Made by a program: the position numbers and the translations under genes
From: Nitrospira sp.
GTDB taxonomy: Bacteria; Nitrospirota; Nitrospiria; Nitrospirales; Nitrospiraceae
DNA length: 64,000 nucleotides
Direction of reading: 5' to 3'
NCBI GenBank assembly: GCA_047150005.1
Contig: AP038806.1
Span: 2,080,001 to 2,144,000 of the forward strand
Notes under the pieces: model-generated
The model's input: only the letters and a program-made list of their open reading frames with translations
Database searches by the model: none
Told to the model about the DNA's origin: nothing
Part shown: one piece after another, positions 1-8,645 of the stretch
Numbering within the stretch: the first letter of the stretch is position 1
Layout of the letters: each line of letters opens with the position of its first letter

Positions 1-122
1 ATTGCGGTGAACATTCGCTGCACGGCCTGCTCACGAGCTTCGCCCGACCAGGTCGAGATAGTGCGGGCTTCCGCGTTGGACGGTCGCTGCGTTTTCGGCA
101 CGGATTCCTCCACGGACAGCAT
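1..122 (-). CDS. N-terminal fragment of a probable UbiE/MenG-family methyltransferase (runs off the window)
   Basis: Hand translation from the ATG at 122 gives MLSVEESVPKTQRPSNAEARTISTWSGEAREQAVQRMFTAI. VQRMFTAI resembles the V-x-x-MF-x-x-IA start of UbiE/MenG. Confidence 0.55.
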   Translation of the reverse strand, partial: MLSVEESVPKTQRPSNAEARTISTWSGEAREQAVQRMFTA

Positions 123-171
123 GCCCAGCGTGGTAGCACCCGGTTCAACATGGTGTCAAGCCGGACGATCC

Positions 172-388
172 CTAGCCCACATTATTCATGAACGTTTCTA
201 CTGCAACCGTCGATACGCCGCTGCGACAGGTCTGGCCGCGAGCTTTGCGCGTCCAGGCGGGCAGGCTCGCCGCTCGGTCGGTCGACATACTGTTTCAAGT
301 ATGCCTTCCTCCCTCGCGGCTCCGTGTGCCCGTCTCGCATGGCGTCTCGGCGGTTTCGTGACGAACCGTCATGAATAATGTGGGCCAG
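172..388. mobile_element. MITE-like element or IS remnant with 20-bp terminal inverted repeats
   Basis: CTAGCCCACATTATTCATGA at 172-191 and TCATGAATAATGTGGGCCAG at 369-388 are inverted repeats with one mismatch. No transposase lies between them. Confidence 0.6.
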
Positions 389-444
389 TAGCTGCCGGCA
401 GGTGTCAGGCGGTCTGTGGCCAGGGTCACCTCCTCCGTATAGCT

Positions 445-1089
445 TCAGGGTTGGTTCAGCTTGAGCGCGGCGGCGACGATCGGTCTGGCCCAGTTCGGTG
501 TGGAGGCCAGGTCCGGCGGGCCGACAATGCGGCCTTGCTGCATGCGCAGGACGAGCCACGGACTCGGGGTCCGACCGGCTGCGGGGTCCGCCTCCACGCT
601 GTTGTCGTACACTTGCAGGCTGGTGAGGCGGGGAAGCAACGTGACGAGATTGAGACGGCTATGTTCGTAGCGCCGATGGATGTCCGGCTCTGGAATGTCG
701 TGCCCGCCCCGGCGGACTCGGGCCTGCACCCGCTCGATATGCAAGACCAGGCTGGAGAGCCCCACGTACCACATGCGCACTTCGATCCCCTGGTCGGCCG
801 CTTGCCTGAGGAGGGTTGTGATCGTGTTCCCGCCGAGGGTGGTCTCGAAGGCGAAATCGAGGCCCTCGTCGATCGCCCGCTTCAACAACCTCACGCCCTG
901 GCGCCAGGCAGCGCCGTTGACCTCTGTCTGAGTCAGGCTCGGGTGCTTCTGCCTGAGCGCGCGGGCCGCTTCGTCCGGATTGAAGTACTCCCCTCCGTGT
1001 TGACGGACGGCCGCGCCACCGATACTGCTCTTGCCCGCGCCATTGACGCCGGCCAACACATGGATGCGTGGCCGCCGGGCGGCGGTCAT
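445..1089 (-). CDS. Zeta-toxin-like P-loop ATPase/kinase
   Basis: LAGVNGAGKSS Walker A, NPDE, FAFETTLGG and RVRRGGHDIPE motifs. 4-nt overlap with the upstream antitoxin gene. Confidence 0.8.
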   Translation of the reverse strand: MTAARRPRIHVLAGVNGAGKSSIGGAAVRQHGGEYFNPDEAARALRQKHPSLTQTEVNGAAWRQGVRLLKRAIDEGLDFAFETTLGGNTITTLLRQAADQGIEVRMWYVGLSSLVLHIERVQARVRRGGHDIPEPDIHRRYEHSRLNLVTLLPRLTSLQVYDNSVEADPAAGRTPSPWLVLRMQQGRIVGPPDLASTPNWARPIVAAALKLNQP

Positions 1090-1484
1090 GCTCGCGCGGT
1101 CGCGGGCGAGCGCCGTGGTCGTTTGCGAGCCGGCGTGCGCGGCGTTCGGGCTGCCTTGACCGCGGCTCGCCCCAGTTGGGCCGGGGAGGCGTTGAAGGCG
1201 GCCGCTACGCCTTTGCGCGCTCGTGGCGTCTGCATGCGGGCCAGCAGTCCATCGAACTCCGCCCCCAGATCGTCGAGGGAACGGCCGCGCTCTTTCACCA
1301 ACGATTCGAATTCGGCGAGCGAGAGGAGCACCGCCTTGGGCGTATCGTGACGGGTAATGGCCACCGCGCCGCTGTGCAAGGTCTTCTCCAGAATGGCGCC
1401 GAACTCGTTCTTGACCTTCGTGGCCGCGACGGAGGAGATGTCCACAAGCTGTCCGCGACTGTTTCTAAACGTGAGCAGAGGCAT
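1086..1484 (-). CDS. Phd/YefM-family antitoxin
   Basis: VAATKVKNEFGAILE...AVAITRHDTPKAVLLS is a Phd signature. GAGGAG SD lies upstream of the ATG at 1484. Confidence 0.8.
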   Translation of the reverse strand: MPLLTFRNSRGQLVDISSVAATKVKNEFGAILEKTLHSGAVAITRHDTPKAVLLSLAEFESLVKERGRSLDDLGAEFDGLLARMQTPRARKGVAAAFNASPAQLGRAAVKAARTPRTPARKRPRRSPATARA

Positions 1485-1516
1485 GATGTCCTCCTCGGCG
1501 CGTGGCATGAAGTAGT

Positions 1517-1557
1517 CAATATGGCTAAAGTGTACATATTGGTTACTCGTCGGTCAA
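1517..1557 (-). promoter_or_regulatory. Sigma70-type promoter with overlapping palindromic operator for the Phd/zeta-like pair
   Basis: Minus strand reads TTGACC-17 bp-TACACT. The inverted repeat CAATATG-N11-CATATTG flanks the -10 box. Confidence 0.6.
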
Positions 1558-1772
1558 TCCTCCAAGCATCTCAGAGCTCTGGCTGTTCCCCTCCGTGGTA
1601 AGGAGGGGAAGGGGAGGTCGAAGCACTGGACCGCCACCAGAGCCATATTCTGACGATAGAAGCACCGGTTTTCCCTCTGCGCGCCGTCCGAACGTTCTCC
1701 CGGCTGATGATTTCCGACTGCTAAAAGGGTATCCTGCGGCCCAATCGTTCGCCCGTTATTAGAGGGTTAGGG

Positions 1773-4574
1773 ATGGCCAAGCATCGATCGGCCAAGAAGC
1801 AGGTGAGAAAGAACGCGAAACCGGCGGTCGAACCCTTGCCCTATCAGCATCCCGAAGCCAAGAGCCTCATGAGGCCTGAGGTGGGGACGCAGGCGCAGTT
1901 CAAGAAGAAGAAACCGCCGAAGACGTACCGCTATGATTCGTCTCTCTCACCGGCGCTCGATTGGGATGCCAAGAATGCTGCGCGAGAACAGGGCGAGGCG
2001 CTTGTCAAGCAAGTGCTCGACGCCAAGACCCTCGAAGCCGCGAAGTCAGCCGCGTCCAAACTCAAGAGTCTCAGCAAGCCGTTTCTGAATTGGGCCGGCA
2101 AGGCCGAGCGGCTCTCGTTCGATGTGCCGACCTTGCCGCTGTTCATTCACGAGCGGCTCTCCACCAAAGCCATCATCGAAACGCTGGCCGGCCACAAGAC
2201 CGACAAGCAAGAGGATCTGTTCGCGCTCTTCGGCGATCCGCAACATTCGATCACCGATCAGGTGTTGAAAGCCTACGAGTACCAGGACAATTGGACCAAC
2301 CGCATGGTCCTGGGCGATTCATTGGTCGTCATGAACTCGCTGCTGCACTACGAAGGTTTGGGCGGGCAGGTGCAGATGATCTACATGGACCCGCCGTATG
2401 GCGTGAAGTTCGGCAGCAACTTCCAGCCGTTCGTCCGCAAGCGCGATGTGTCCCACAACGACGACGAGGACATGACCCGCGAGCCTGAAATGGTCCAGGC
2501 CTATCGGGATACCTGGGAACTGGGGCTGCACTCGTATCTTACATATCTACGCGATCGGCTCTTGCTCGCCCGCGACCTGCTGACCCCCAGCGGCAGCATC
2601 TTCGTCCAGATCAGTGACGAGAACCTGCACCATGTGCGGGAAGTGATGGATGAGGTGTTCGGGTCGGACAATTGCGTCTCCGTTATCGCATTTCAAAAGA
2701 CAAGTAGCGCATCAGGGGATCTTCTCTCGTCAATATCTGACTACCTTCTTTGGTTTGCCAAGGAGAAGAGTGCTTTAAAATATCGCCAACTTTATGTCCC
2801 GAAGAAGATTGGCGAGGATGGCGGCGAGCAATACACATGGGTTCAGTTTAAAGATGGAATCAGAAAGAACCTGGGGAGCGCGGATAAGTTGCGAGATCTT
2901 CCAGAAGGAACAAAGGTATTTCGGCAGGATAATCTTACGAGTCAGCGACCGGCGCAGGAAGGGGATGTCCGAGAGTTTGAATTCGAGGGAAGGAACTTTG
3001 CTCCGGGTAAGGGCACCTTCAAGTCAAATTTCACCGGGCTCTCAAATCTAGCTAAAGCTAAGCGCCTGATAGCAGTTGGTAATACTCTCGCCTACGTACG
3101 CTATTTTGATGACTTCCCGGTATTCCCGATCTCCAACGTCTGGAGCGACACAGTCATTTCAGGCTTCTCTGCAGAAAAGTTGTACGTTGTTCAAACTAGT
3201 CCGACGGTCATTCAACGTTGTCTCCTCATGACCACTGATCCTGGCGATCTTGTCCTCGATCCGACCTGTGGCAGCGGCACAACGGCCTATGTCGCCGAGC
3301 AGTGGGGGCGGCGCTGGATTACGTGTGACACCAGCCGAGTGCCGTTGGCCCTGGCGCGGCAGCGGCTTCTGACCGCCACCTTTCCTTGGTACGAGTTGAA
3401 AGACCAACATCGTGGCCCAGCCGGTGGATTTGTGTACAAACGGAAGCAGAATAAGAAAGGCGAAGAGGTCGGCGGCATTGTCCCGCACATCACGCTCAAG
3501 TCGATCGCAAACAACGAACCGCCGGCTGAAGAAGTACTGGTGGATCGGCCTGAAGTAGAAAGCGGCATCACGCGCGTGACCGGTCCCTTCTGTGTCGAAG
3601 CGACGATCCCCACGCCGGTGGATTGGGAGGGCGATGGCGTCGAGGATTCCGGTGCCGCCGAGTTGCACGGCTCGTTCGTGGATCGCATGCTGGAAGTGCT
3701 GCGCAAGAGTCCAATACTACGGCTTGGAGGGAACAAGACCGTCACGCTGAAGAACATCCGTCCGCCCGCGAAGACGCTCTCGCTCTCGGCGGAAGCCCTT
3801 GCACCCCTCACCCCCGCCCTCTCCCCTGCAACAGGGGCGAGGGAGAAAGAGGGAGCAAGACCATCGAGAGACTCCCTCTCCCCTGGAGGGAGAGGGCAGG
3901 GTGAGGGGGATTCCCCCGTTGCCTTTGTCTTCGGCCCAGAGAATGGCGCCGTCAGCGAAAAGCTGGTTTATGAAGCGGCGCGTGAGGCCCATGCGAAGAA
4001 CTACACCCATCTCTATGTGATTGGCTTTGCCATTCAGCCTAACGCCCGTACGCTGGTCGATAAGTGCGCCGACGTGATGGGCGTGCCTGCGACCTATGTG
4101 CAGGCGACGCCGGATTTGATGATGGGCGATCTGTTGAAGAATATGCGGTCGAGCCAGATTTTCAGCGTGTGCGGACAGCCGGAGATTGCGGTGCGGAAGG
4201 TCAAGAGCCCCTCACCCCCACCCTCTCCCCAGCGGGGCGAGGGGGTACAGTATCAAGTCGAGCTGCTCGGCCTGGACCTGTTCGATCCCATCACGATGGA
4301 CGTGACGCATCGCAGCGGCAACGACGTACCGGCCTGGTTCCTGGATACGAACTACAACGACCTCTGTTTCCATGTGTCGCAAGCCTTCTTCCCCCGCACC
4401 AGCGCCTGGGACAATCTGAAGAAGGCGCTCAAGGGCGAGTATGAAGAAAGCGTGTGGGATCACTTGTCCGGCGCAGTCAGCGCCCCGTTCGAGCCGGGCG
4501 AGCACAAGCAGATCGCCGTCAAAGTGATCGACGATCGCGGCAACGAATTGCTGGTGGTGAAGAAACTGACGTAA
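1773..4574 (+). CDS. mod: Type III restriction-modification methyltransferase (Mod)
   Basis: MIYMDPPYG catalytic motif precedes VLDPTCGSGTT SAM-binding motif (beta-class order). C-terminal IAVKVIDDRGNE. A Res gene lies downstream. Confidence 0.9.
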   Translation: MAKHRSAKKQVRKNAKPAVEPLPYQHPEAKSLMRPEVGTQAQFKKKKPPKTYRYDSSLSPALDWDAKNAAREQGEALVKQVLDAKTLEAAKSAASKLKSLSKPFLNWAGKAERLSFDVPTLPLFIHERLSTKAIIETLAGHKTDKQEDLFALFGDPQHSITDQVLKAYEYQDNWTNRMVLGDSLVVMNSLLHYEGLGGQVQMIYMDPPYGVKFGSNFQPFVRKRDVSHNDDEDMTREPEMVQAYRDTWELGLHSYLTYLRDRLLLARDLLTPSGSIFVQISDENLHHVREVMDEVFGSDNCVSVIAFQKTSSASGDLLSSISDYLLWFAKEKSALKYRQLYVPKKIGEDGGEQYTWVQFKDGIRKNLGSADKLRDLPEGTKVFRQDNLTSQRPAQEGDVREFEFEGRNFAPGKGTFKSNFTGLSNLAKAKRLIAVGNTLAYVRYFDDFPVFPISNVWSDTVISGFSAEKLYVVQTSPTVIQRCLLMTTDPGDLVLDPTCGSGTTAYVAEQWGRRWITCDTSRVPLALARQRLLTATFPWYELKDQHRGPAGGFVYKRKQNKKGEEVGGIVPHITLKSIANNEPPAEEVLVDRPEVESGITRVTGPFCVEATIPTPVDWEGDGVEDSGAAELHGSFVDRMLEVLRKSPILRLGGNKTVTLKNIRPPAKTLSLSAEALAPLTPALSPATGAREKEGARPSRDSLSPGGRGQGEGDSPVAFVFGPENGAVSEKLVYEAAREAHAKNYTHLYVIGFAIQPNARTLVDKCADVMGVPATYVQATPDLMMGDLLKNMRSSQIFSVCGQPEIAVRKVKSPSPPPSPQRGEGVQYQVELLGLDLFDPITMDVTHRSGNDVPAWFLDTNYNDLCFHVSQAFFPRTSAWDNLKKALKGEYEESVWDHLSGAVSAPFEPGEHKQIAVKVIDDRGNELLVVKKLT
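3804..3908. repeat. 105-bp palindromic element in frame within mod
   Basis: CCCCTCACCCCCGCCCTCTCCC...GGGAGAGGGCAGGGTGAGGGG inverted ends. Encodes PLTPALSP...GGRGQGEG (35 aa). Confidence 0.8.
4208..4245. repeat. Half-copy of the same palindromic element within mod
   Basis: CCCCTCACCCCCACCCTCTCCCCAGCGGGGCGAGGGGG, read here as PSPPPSPQRGEG. Confidence 0.75.
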
Positions 4575-4612
4575 TAAGATGTAGCTGATCGATGCCAAGG
4601 AGGATCCCCGCT

Positions 4613-4843
4613 ATGCCGTCTCTTGAAGAGCGGATCAAAGGCTTACCCCCTGATCTCCGACGTGAAGTAGAGGACTTTGTCGACTTCTTGATCGATCGCC
4701 GCGCCCCTCATCAAAGAGGCAACATGAAGTTTGCGTGGGAGGGAGCGCTTGCTGATTTGCGAGATCAGTACACCTCCGTCGATTTGCAGCATAAGATTTT
4801 CGAATATGGAGAGGGTGAAAAAAGCAAACGGCTCCCGGGTTAG
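4613..4843 (+). CDS. DUF2281-like putative antitoxin, copy 1
   Basis: LPPDLRREVEDFVDFL...WEGALADLRDQYTSVDLQH. AGGAGG SD before the ATG at 4613. Confidence 0.7.
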   Translation: MPSLEERIKGLPPDLRREVEDFVDFLIDRRAPHQRGNMKFAWEGALADLRDQYTSVDLQHKIFEYGEGEKSKRLPG

Positions 4844-4882
4844 AATAAGCAAGCGCCACCGCGTCCATGAAGGAGAGGTCAA

Positions 4883-5095
4883 ATGAAAGAGCTTCAGGAG
4901 TTACTTGAGGAACTGCCACCCCATCTCCAAAAGGAAGTTCTGGATTTCGCGGAGTTTCTTCTTGAGAAGAGCAAGAAAAGACCTGAAGGGGCGCCACACT
5001 TCCAATGGGCGGGAGCGTTGAAGGATCTTCGCGATCAATACACCTCCGTGGAACTGCAACATAAAGCTTCCGACTGGCGAGTCGGTGAGAAATGA
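4883..5095 (+). CDS. DUF2281-like putative antitoxin, copy 2
   Basis: LPPHLQKEVLDFAEFL...WAGALKDLRDQYTSVELQH. ATGA overlap with the PIN gene. Confidence 0.75.
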   Translation: MKELQELLEELPPHLQKEVLDFAEFLLEKSKKRPEGAPHFQWAGALKDLRDQYTSVELQHKASDWRVGEK

Positions 5096-5496
5096 ATCTT
5101 TTCATCGACGCCAATATCATCCTGGAGATCATCCTGGGACAGCATCATGACCAAGAGGCTCGCTCCCTCCTCTCGACGACGGATCGCCACCACCTGTTTC
5201 TCTCGGATTTTTCCCTTCATTCAATCGGAGTCATTCTGTTCAGGCGAAATCAACCCGATGCGTTCCTCGATTTTTGCTCAGACATGGTTGAGCCAGGGAG
5301 GCTGGCTGTTATTGGTTTGTCGGTTCAGCATATGAGCCTTGTGGCCCAAGTCTCAAAACAGTTCCGCCTCGATTTCGACGATGCCTACCAATATGTGACT
5401 GCCGACAAACACAATCTGGTCATCGTGAGCTTCGATGCCGACTTCGACCGAACTGAACGGGGGAGAAAGACCCCTCAGGCAGTTCTGCAAACCTGA
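5092..5496 (+). CDS. PIN-domain (VapC-like) toxin
   Basis: FIDANIILE, LDFDDAYQY and IVSFDADFD acidic PIN motifs. Confidence 0.85.
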   Translation: MNLFIDANIILEIILGQHHDQEARSLLSTTDRHHLFLSDFSLHSIGVILFRRNQPDAFLDFCSDMVEPGRLAVIGLSVQHMSLVAQVSKQFRLDFDDAYQYVTADKHNLVIVSFDADFDRTERGRKTPQAVLQT

Positions 5497-5501
5497 CGGC
5501 C

Positions 5502-8500
5502 ATGAGCGGCTACGAAGTTCCTGAACCCATCCTCAATTCCCCGTTCGACGAACCAACCGAACATTGGCACATTGTTGAAGGCGAGACTCCCGAGCGGCGT
5601 CCAGGGCGCCGCCCGGCGATGTATTTCTATCGCGATCCCAAAGCCAAGCCGGACACGGAAGCCGGTCGGGTCGTCGGCACCGCTATCGAACTCAAACTGG
5701 TGAATCGCATCCGCGTTCAGGTGAAGAAGTGGCGGCTTGAGGGCTATCCCGGCGTGACGAGAACGACATTGGAGTTGTTGCAGTGGTGGCGGCGGGAGGG
5801 GCGATCGCAGCGGCTCTTCTTTGCGCAGCTCGATGCGGCGGAGACGATTATCTTTCTGAAGGAGGCCCGTGCCGACTTTCGGCAGGGTCTTGAGATTCCA
5901 CAGGAAGAGGTCAGCGAGGAGAAGCGTCAGGACGGTTTCGCCGGATTTCTCCGCTATGCCTGCAAGATGGCGACCGGCTCCGGCAAGACGACCGTGATGG
6001 GGATGCTGGCCGCCTGGAGCATTCTCAATAAGGTGAACGATCGAAACGACGCCAGATTTTCCGATGTCGTCTTGATCGTCTGCCCGAATGTCACGATCAA
6101 GAACCGGCTCCGAGAGCTGGATCCCGAAGGCGGCGAGGCCAGTCTCTACCGCACACGCGATCTCGTGCCGTCCCATCTGATGCCGTTGCTGACGCAGGGT
6201 AGAGTGCTGGTCACGAACTGGCATGTGTTCGAGCCTCAAGCCATTCAAACCGGGGGTGTCGGCGCGCGCGTGAATAAAGCCGGGGTCGAAGTGCATGCGA
6301 AGGAAACCATCACCATTGGCTCCAAAACCACGACGGCCCGTGGGACTCGCTACCTCACCCTGGACGATCTGGAACGGCAGGTAGCAGCCGGTTTGCTCAC
6401 GATACTCGGCGAAGAACGGGAAACGGACGGGTCGTTGAAGAAGGTGACGGTGGAATCGCGCCGCTATGTCGAAAGCGATACCGCTCTGGTCAACCGCATT
6501 CTTGGGCGTGAAGTGGGCGGGAAGCAGAACATTTTGGTGATGAACGATGAAGCGCACCATGCGTATCGCATCGTGCGTGAAGAGCGAGACGAGGACGAAG
6601 CGGATCTCTTCGGAGAGGATGAAGAGGCCGAAGATTTCTTCAAGGAAGCGACCGTGTGGGTTGACGGACTGGATCGGATTCAGAAACTGCGCGGCATCAA
6701 CTTCTGCCTCGATCTCTCCGCGACGCCGTATTTCCTTGGCCGGGTCGGTCAGGACACCAACCGGCCCTTTCCGTGGGTGGTGAGCGACTTCGGGCTGATC
6801 GACGCGATCGAGTCAGGGTTGGTGAAGATCCCGCAACTGGCTGTTCGGGATACGACGGGCAAGGACATTCCCGGCTACTTCAACATCTGGCACTGGATTC
6901 TTCCCCAACTGACTCCGGCTGAACGAGGAGGGAAGAAGGCGAACCCCAAACCTGAGGCCATCTTGAAATACGCCCACCATCCGATCGCGATGCTGGGCAG
7001 TCTGTGGGACAAGGAACGGGAGGATTGGGTGAAGGATCGAGGCGAATCGCGGCCGCCTGTCTTTATTCTTGTCTGCAAGAACACGCAGATTGCCAAGGTG
7101 CTCTATGAATGGCTGGCGGAAGATAAGGCACCGACCGGGATTCCGCCCGTGAAGATCGAAGGATTCAAAAACACGGACCGGCAGAATACGATCCGCGTGG
7201 ATTCCAAGGTGGTCCATGAATCGGATTCCGGCGAAGCGAAGAATGATGAAGTTCGTTGGATGCGCTTCACGCTCGATACGGTCGGGAAAACAGCGTGGCC
7301 GGCGGATCGGGTGGGCCGGCCTCTCTGTCCGGAAGGTTTTCAGGAACTGGCGGAGAAGCTCGGGCGTCCGGATCATCCACCGGGTCGGGACGTGCGTTGT
7401 ATCGTGAGTGTGGGCATGTTGACGGAGGGATGGGACTGCAACACCGTGACGCATATCATCGGGTTGCGTCCGTTCATGTCGCAGTTGCTCTGCGAGCAGG
7501 TGGTGGGGCGGGGGTTGCGGCGAGCCAACTACGAAGTCGGCGCCGACGGCAAGCTGACCGAGGAAGTGGCAAAGGTGTTCGGCGTGCCGTTTGAAGTGAT
7601 CCCGTTCAAGGCGAACCCTCAAGGGCAGCCGCAGCCTCGCGTGAAGCGATATCATGTGCACGCCGTTCCCGCGAAAGCCCGGTTTGAAATCACCTTCCCG
7701 CGTGTCGAAGGCTATACCCAGGCGATCCGCAATCGAGTGACCGTGGAATGGGGGACTGTTCCTTCCCTCGTGTTAGAACCGGGCCGAATTCCGCCCGAGG
7801 TCGAAGTCAAAGGCCTGCATGCCACCACCAAAGGGAAGCTCACCTTGGGCGGTCCCGGTCGGGTGGACGAGGTGAACCTCGACGAGTTCCGTGCTAAGCG
7901 GCGCGTGCAGGAGCTGGTGTTCGATCTCGCGAACACGCTCGCGCGGGAGTATGTCGCCCAGAAGCAGTGCGCGATTCCCACGCACCGATTATTTCCTCAG
8001 TTGGCACGGATCATTCAGGAATACGTTGACAAGAAAGTCGAGGCTCGAACGCCGGCTGATAAGAAGGATGTGTTTCTTGCTCCCTACTACGGGTGGGTCG
8101 TTGAGAGGCTGTTGGAGGCGATCCGTCCCGACATGAGTCAAGGGGAGGCGCCGGAAGTTCCTCGGTATGAGGCCACCCGCGGGGCAGGTTCAACGGCTGA
8201 CGTGGACTTCTGGACCAGCCGTGAGGTGCGCGAGGTGAATAAGTCCCACCTCAACTATGTGGTGGCCGATACGAAACAATGGGAACAATCGGCGGCCTAT
8301 TACCTCGATACGCATGCGCATGTCGAGGCGTTTGTCAAAAACGCTGGTCTTGGGTTTGCCATTCCTTACCTGGACAATGGCCAGATGCATGATTACGTGC
8401 CGGACTTCATCGTGCGATTGAAGACCGAACCGGTCAGCTACCTGATCTTGGAAACCAAGGGGTACGATCCCTTGGAGGAGGTCAAGCGAGCCGCCGCCGA

Positions 8501-8597
8501 ACGGTGGGTTGCGGCGGTCAACGCAGATGGCACGCACGGTAGTTGGCGGTATGCCGTCGCGAAGAAGGTTGCGGACGTTCCTGTGTTGCTCGGTTGA
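5502..8597 (+). CDS. res: Type III restriction endonuclease subunit (Res)
   Basis: KMATGSGKT, NDEAHH, LSATP, MLTEGWD and EQVVGRGLRR helicase motifs. C-terminal YVPDFIV...LETKG PD-(D/E)xK nuclease. Confidence 0.9.
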   Translation: MSGYEVPEPILNSPFDEPTEHWHIVEGETPERRPGRRPAMYFYRDPKAKPDTEAGRVVGTAIELKLVNRIRVQVKKWRLEGYPGVTRTTLELLQWWRREGRSQRLFFAQLDAAETIIFLKEARADFRQGLEIPQEEVSEEKRQDGFAGFLRYACKMATGSGKTTVMGMLAAWSILNKVNDRNDARFSDVVLIVCPNVTIKNRLRELDPEGGEASLYRTRDLVPSHLMPLLTQGRVLVTNWHVFEPQAIQTGGVGARVNKAGVEVHAKETITIGSKTTTARGTRYLTLDDLERQVAAGLLTILGEERETDGSLKKVTVESRRYVESDTALVNRILGREVGGKQNILVMNDEAHHAYRIVREERDEDEADLFGEDEEAEDFFKEATVWVDGLDRIQKLRGINFCLDLSATPYFLGRVGQDTNRPFPWVVSDFGLIDAIESGLVKIPQLAVRDTTGKDIPGYFNIWHWILPQLTPAERGGKKANPKPEAILKYAHHPIAMLGSLWDKEREDWVKDRGESRPPVFILVCKNTQIAKVLYEWLAEDKAPTGIPPVKIEGFKNTDRQNTIRVDSKVVHESDSGEAKNDEVRWMRFTLDTVGKTAWPADRVGRPLCPEGFQELAEKLGRPDHPPGRDVRCIVSVGMLTEGWDCNTVTHIIGLRPFMSQLLCEQVVGRGLRRANYEVGADGKLTEEVAKVFGVPFEVIPFKANPQGQPQPRVKRYHVHAVPAKARFEITFPRVEGYTQAIRNRVTVEWGTVPSLVLEPGRIPPEVEVKGLHATTKGKLTLGGPGRVDEVNLDEFRAKRRVQELVFDLANTLAREYVAQKQCAIPTHRLFPQLARIIQEYVDKKVEARTPADKKDVFLAPYYGWVVERLLEAIRPDMSQGEAPEVPRYEATRGAGSTADVDFWTSREVREVNKSHLNYVVADTKQWEQSAAYYLDTHAHVEAFVKNAGLGFAIPYLDNGQMHDYVPDFIVRLKTEPVSYLILETKGYDPLEEVKRAAAERWVAAVNADGTHGSWRYAVAKKVADVPVLLG

Positions 8598-8645
8598 TAC
8601 CTCGTTCGTCGCGACAGGCCACCTGTCCGATCCCTGGAGATTCCC

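Noticed and set aside
1773..4574. Phase-variable mod (phasevarion)
   Set aside because: I saw no long simple-sequence repeat tract in or before the ORF.
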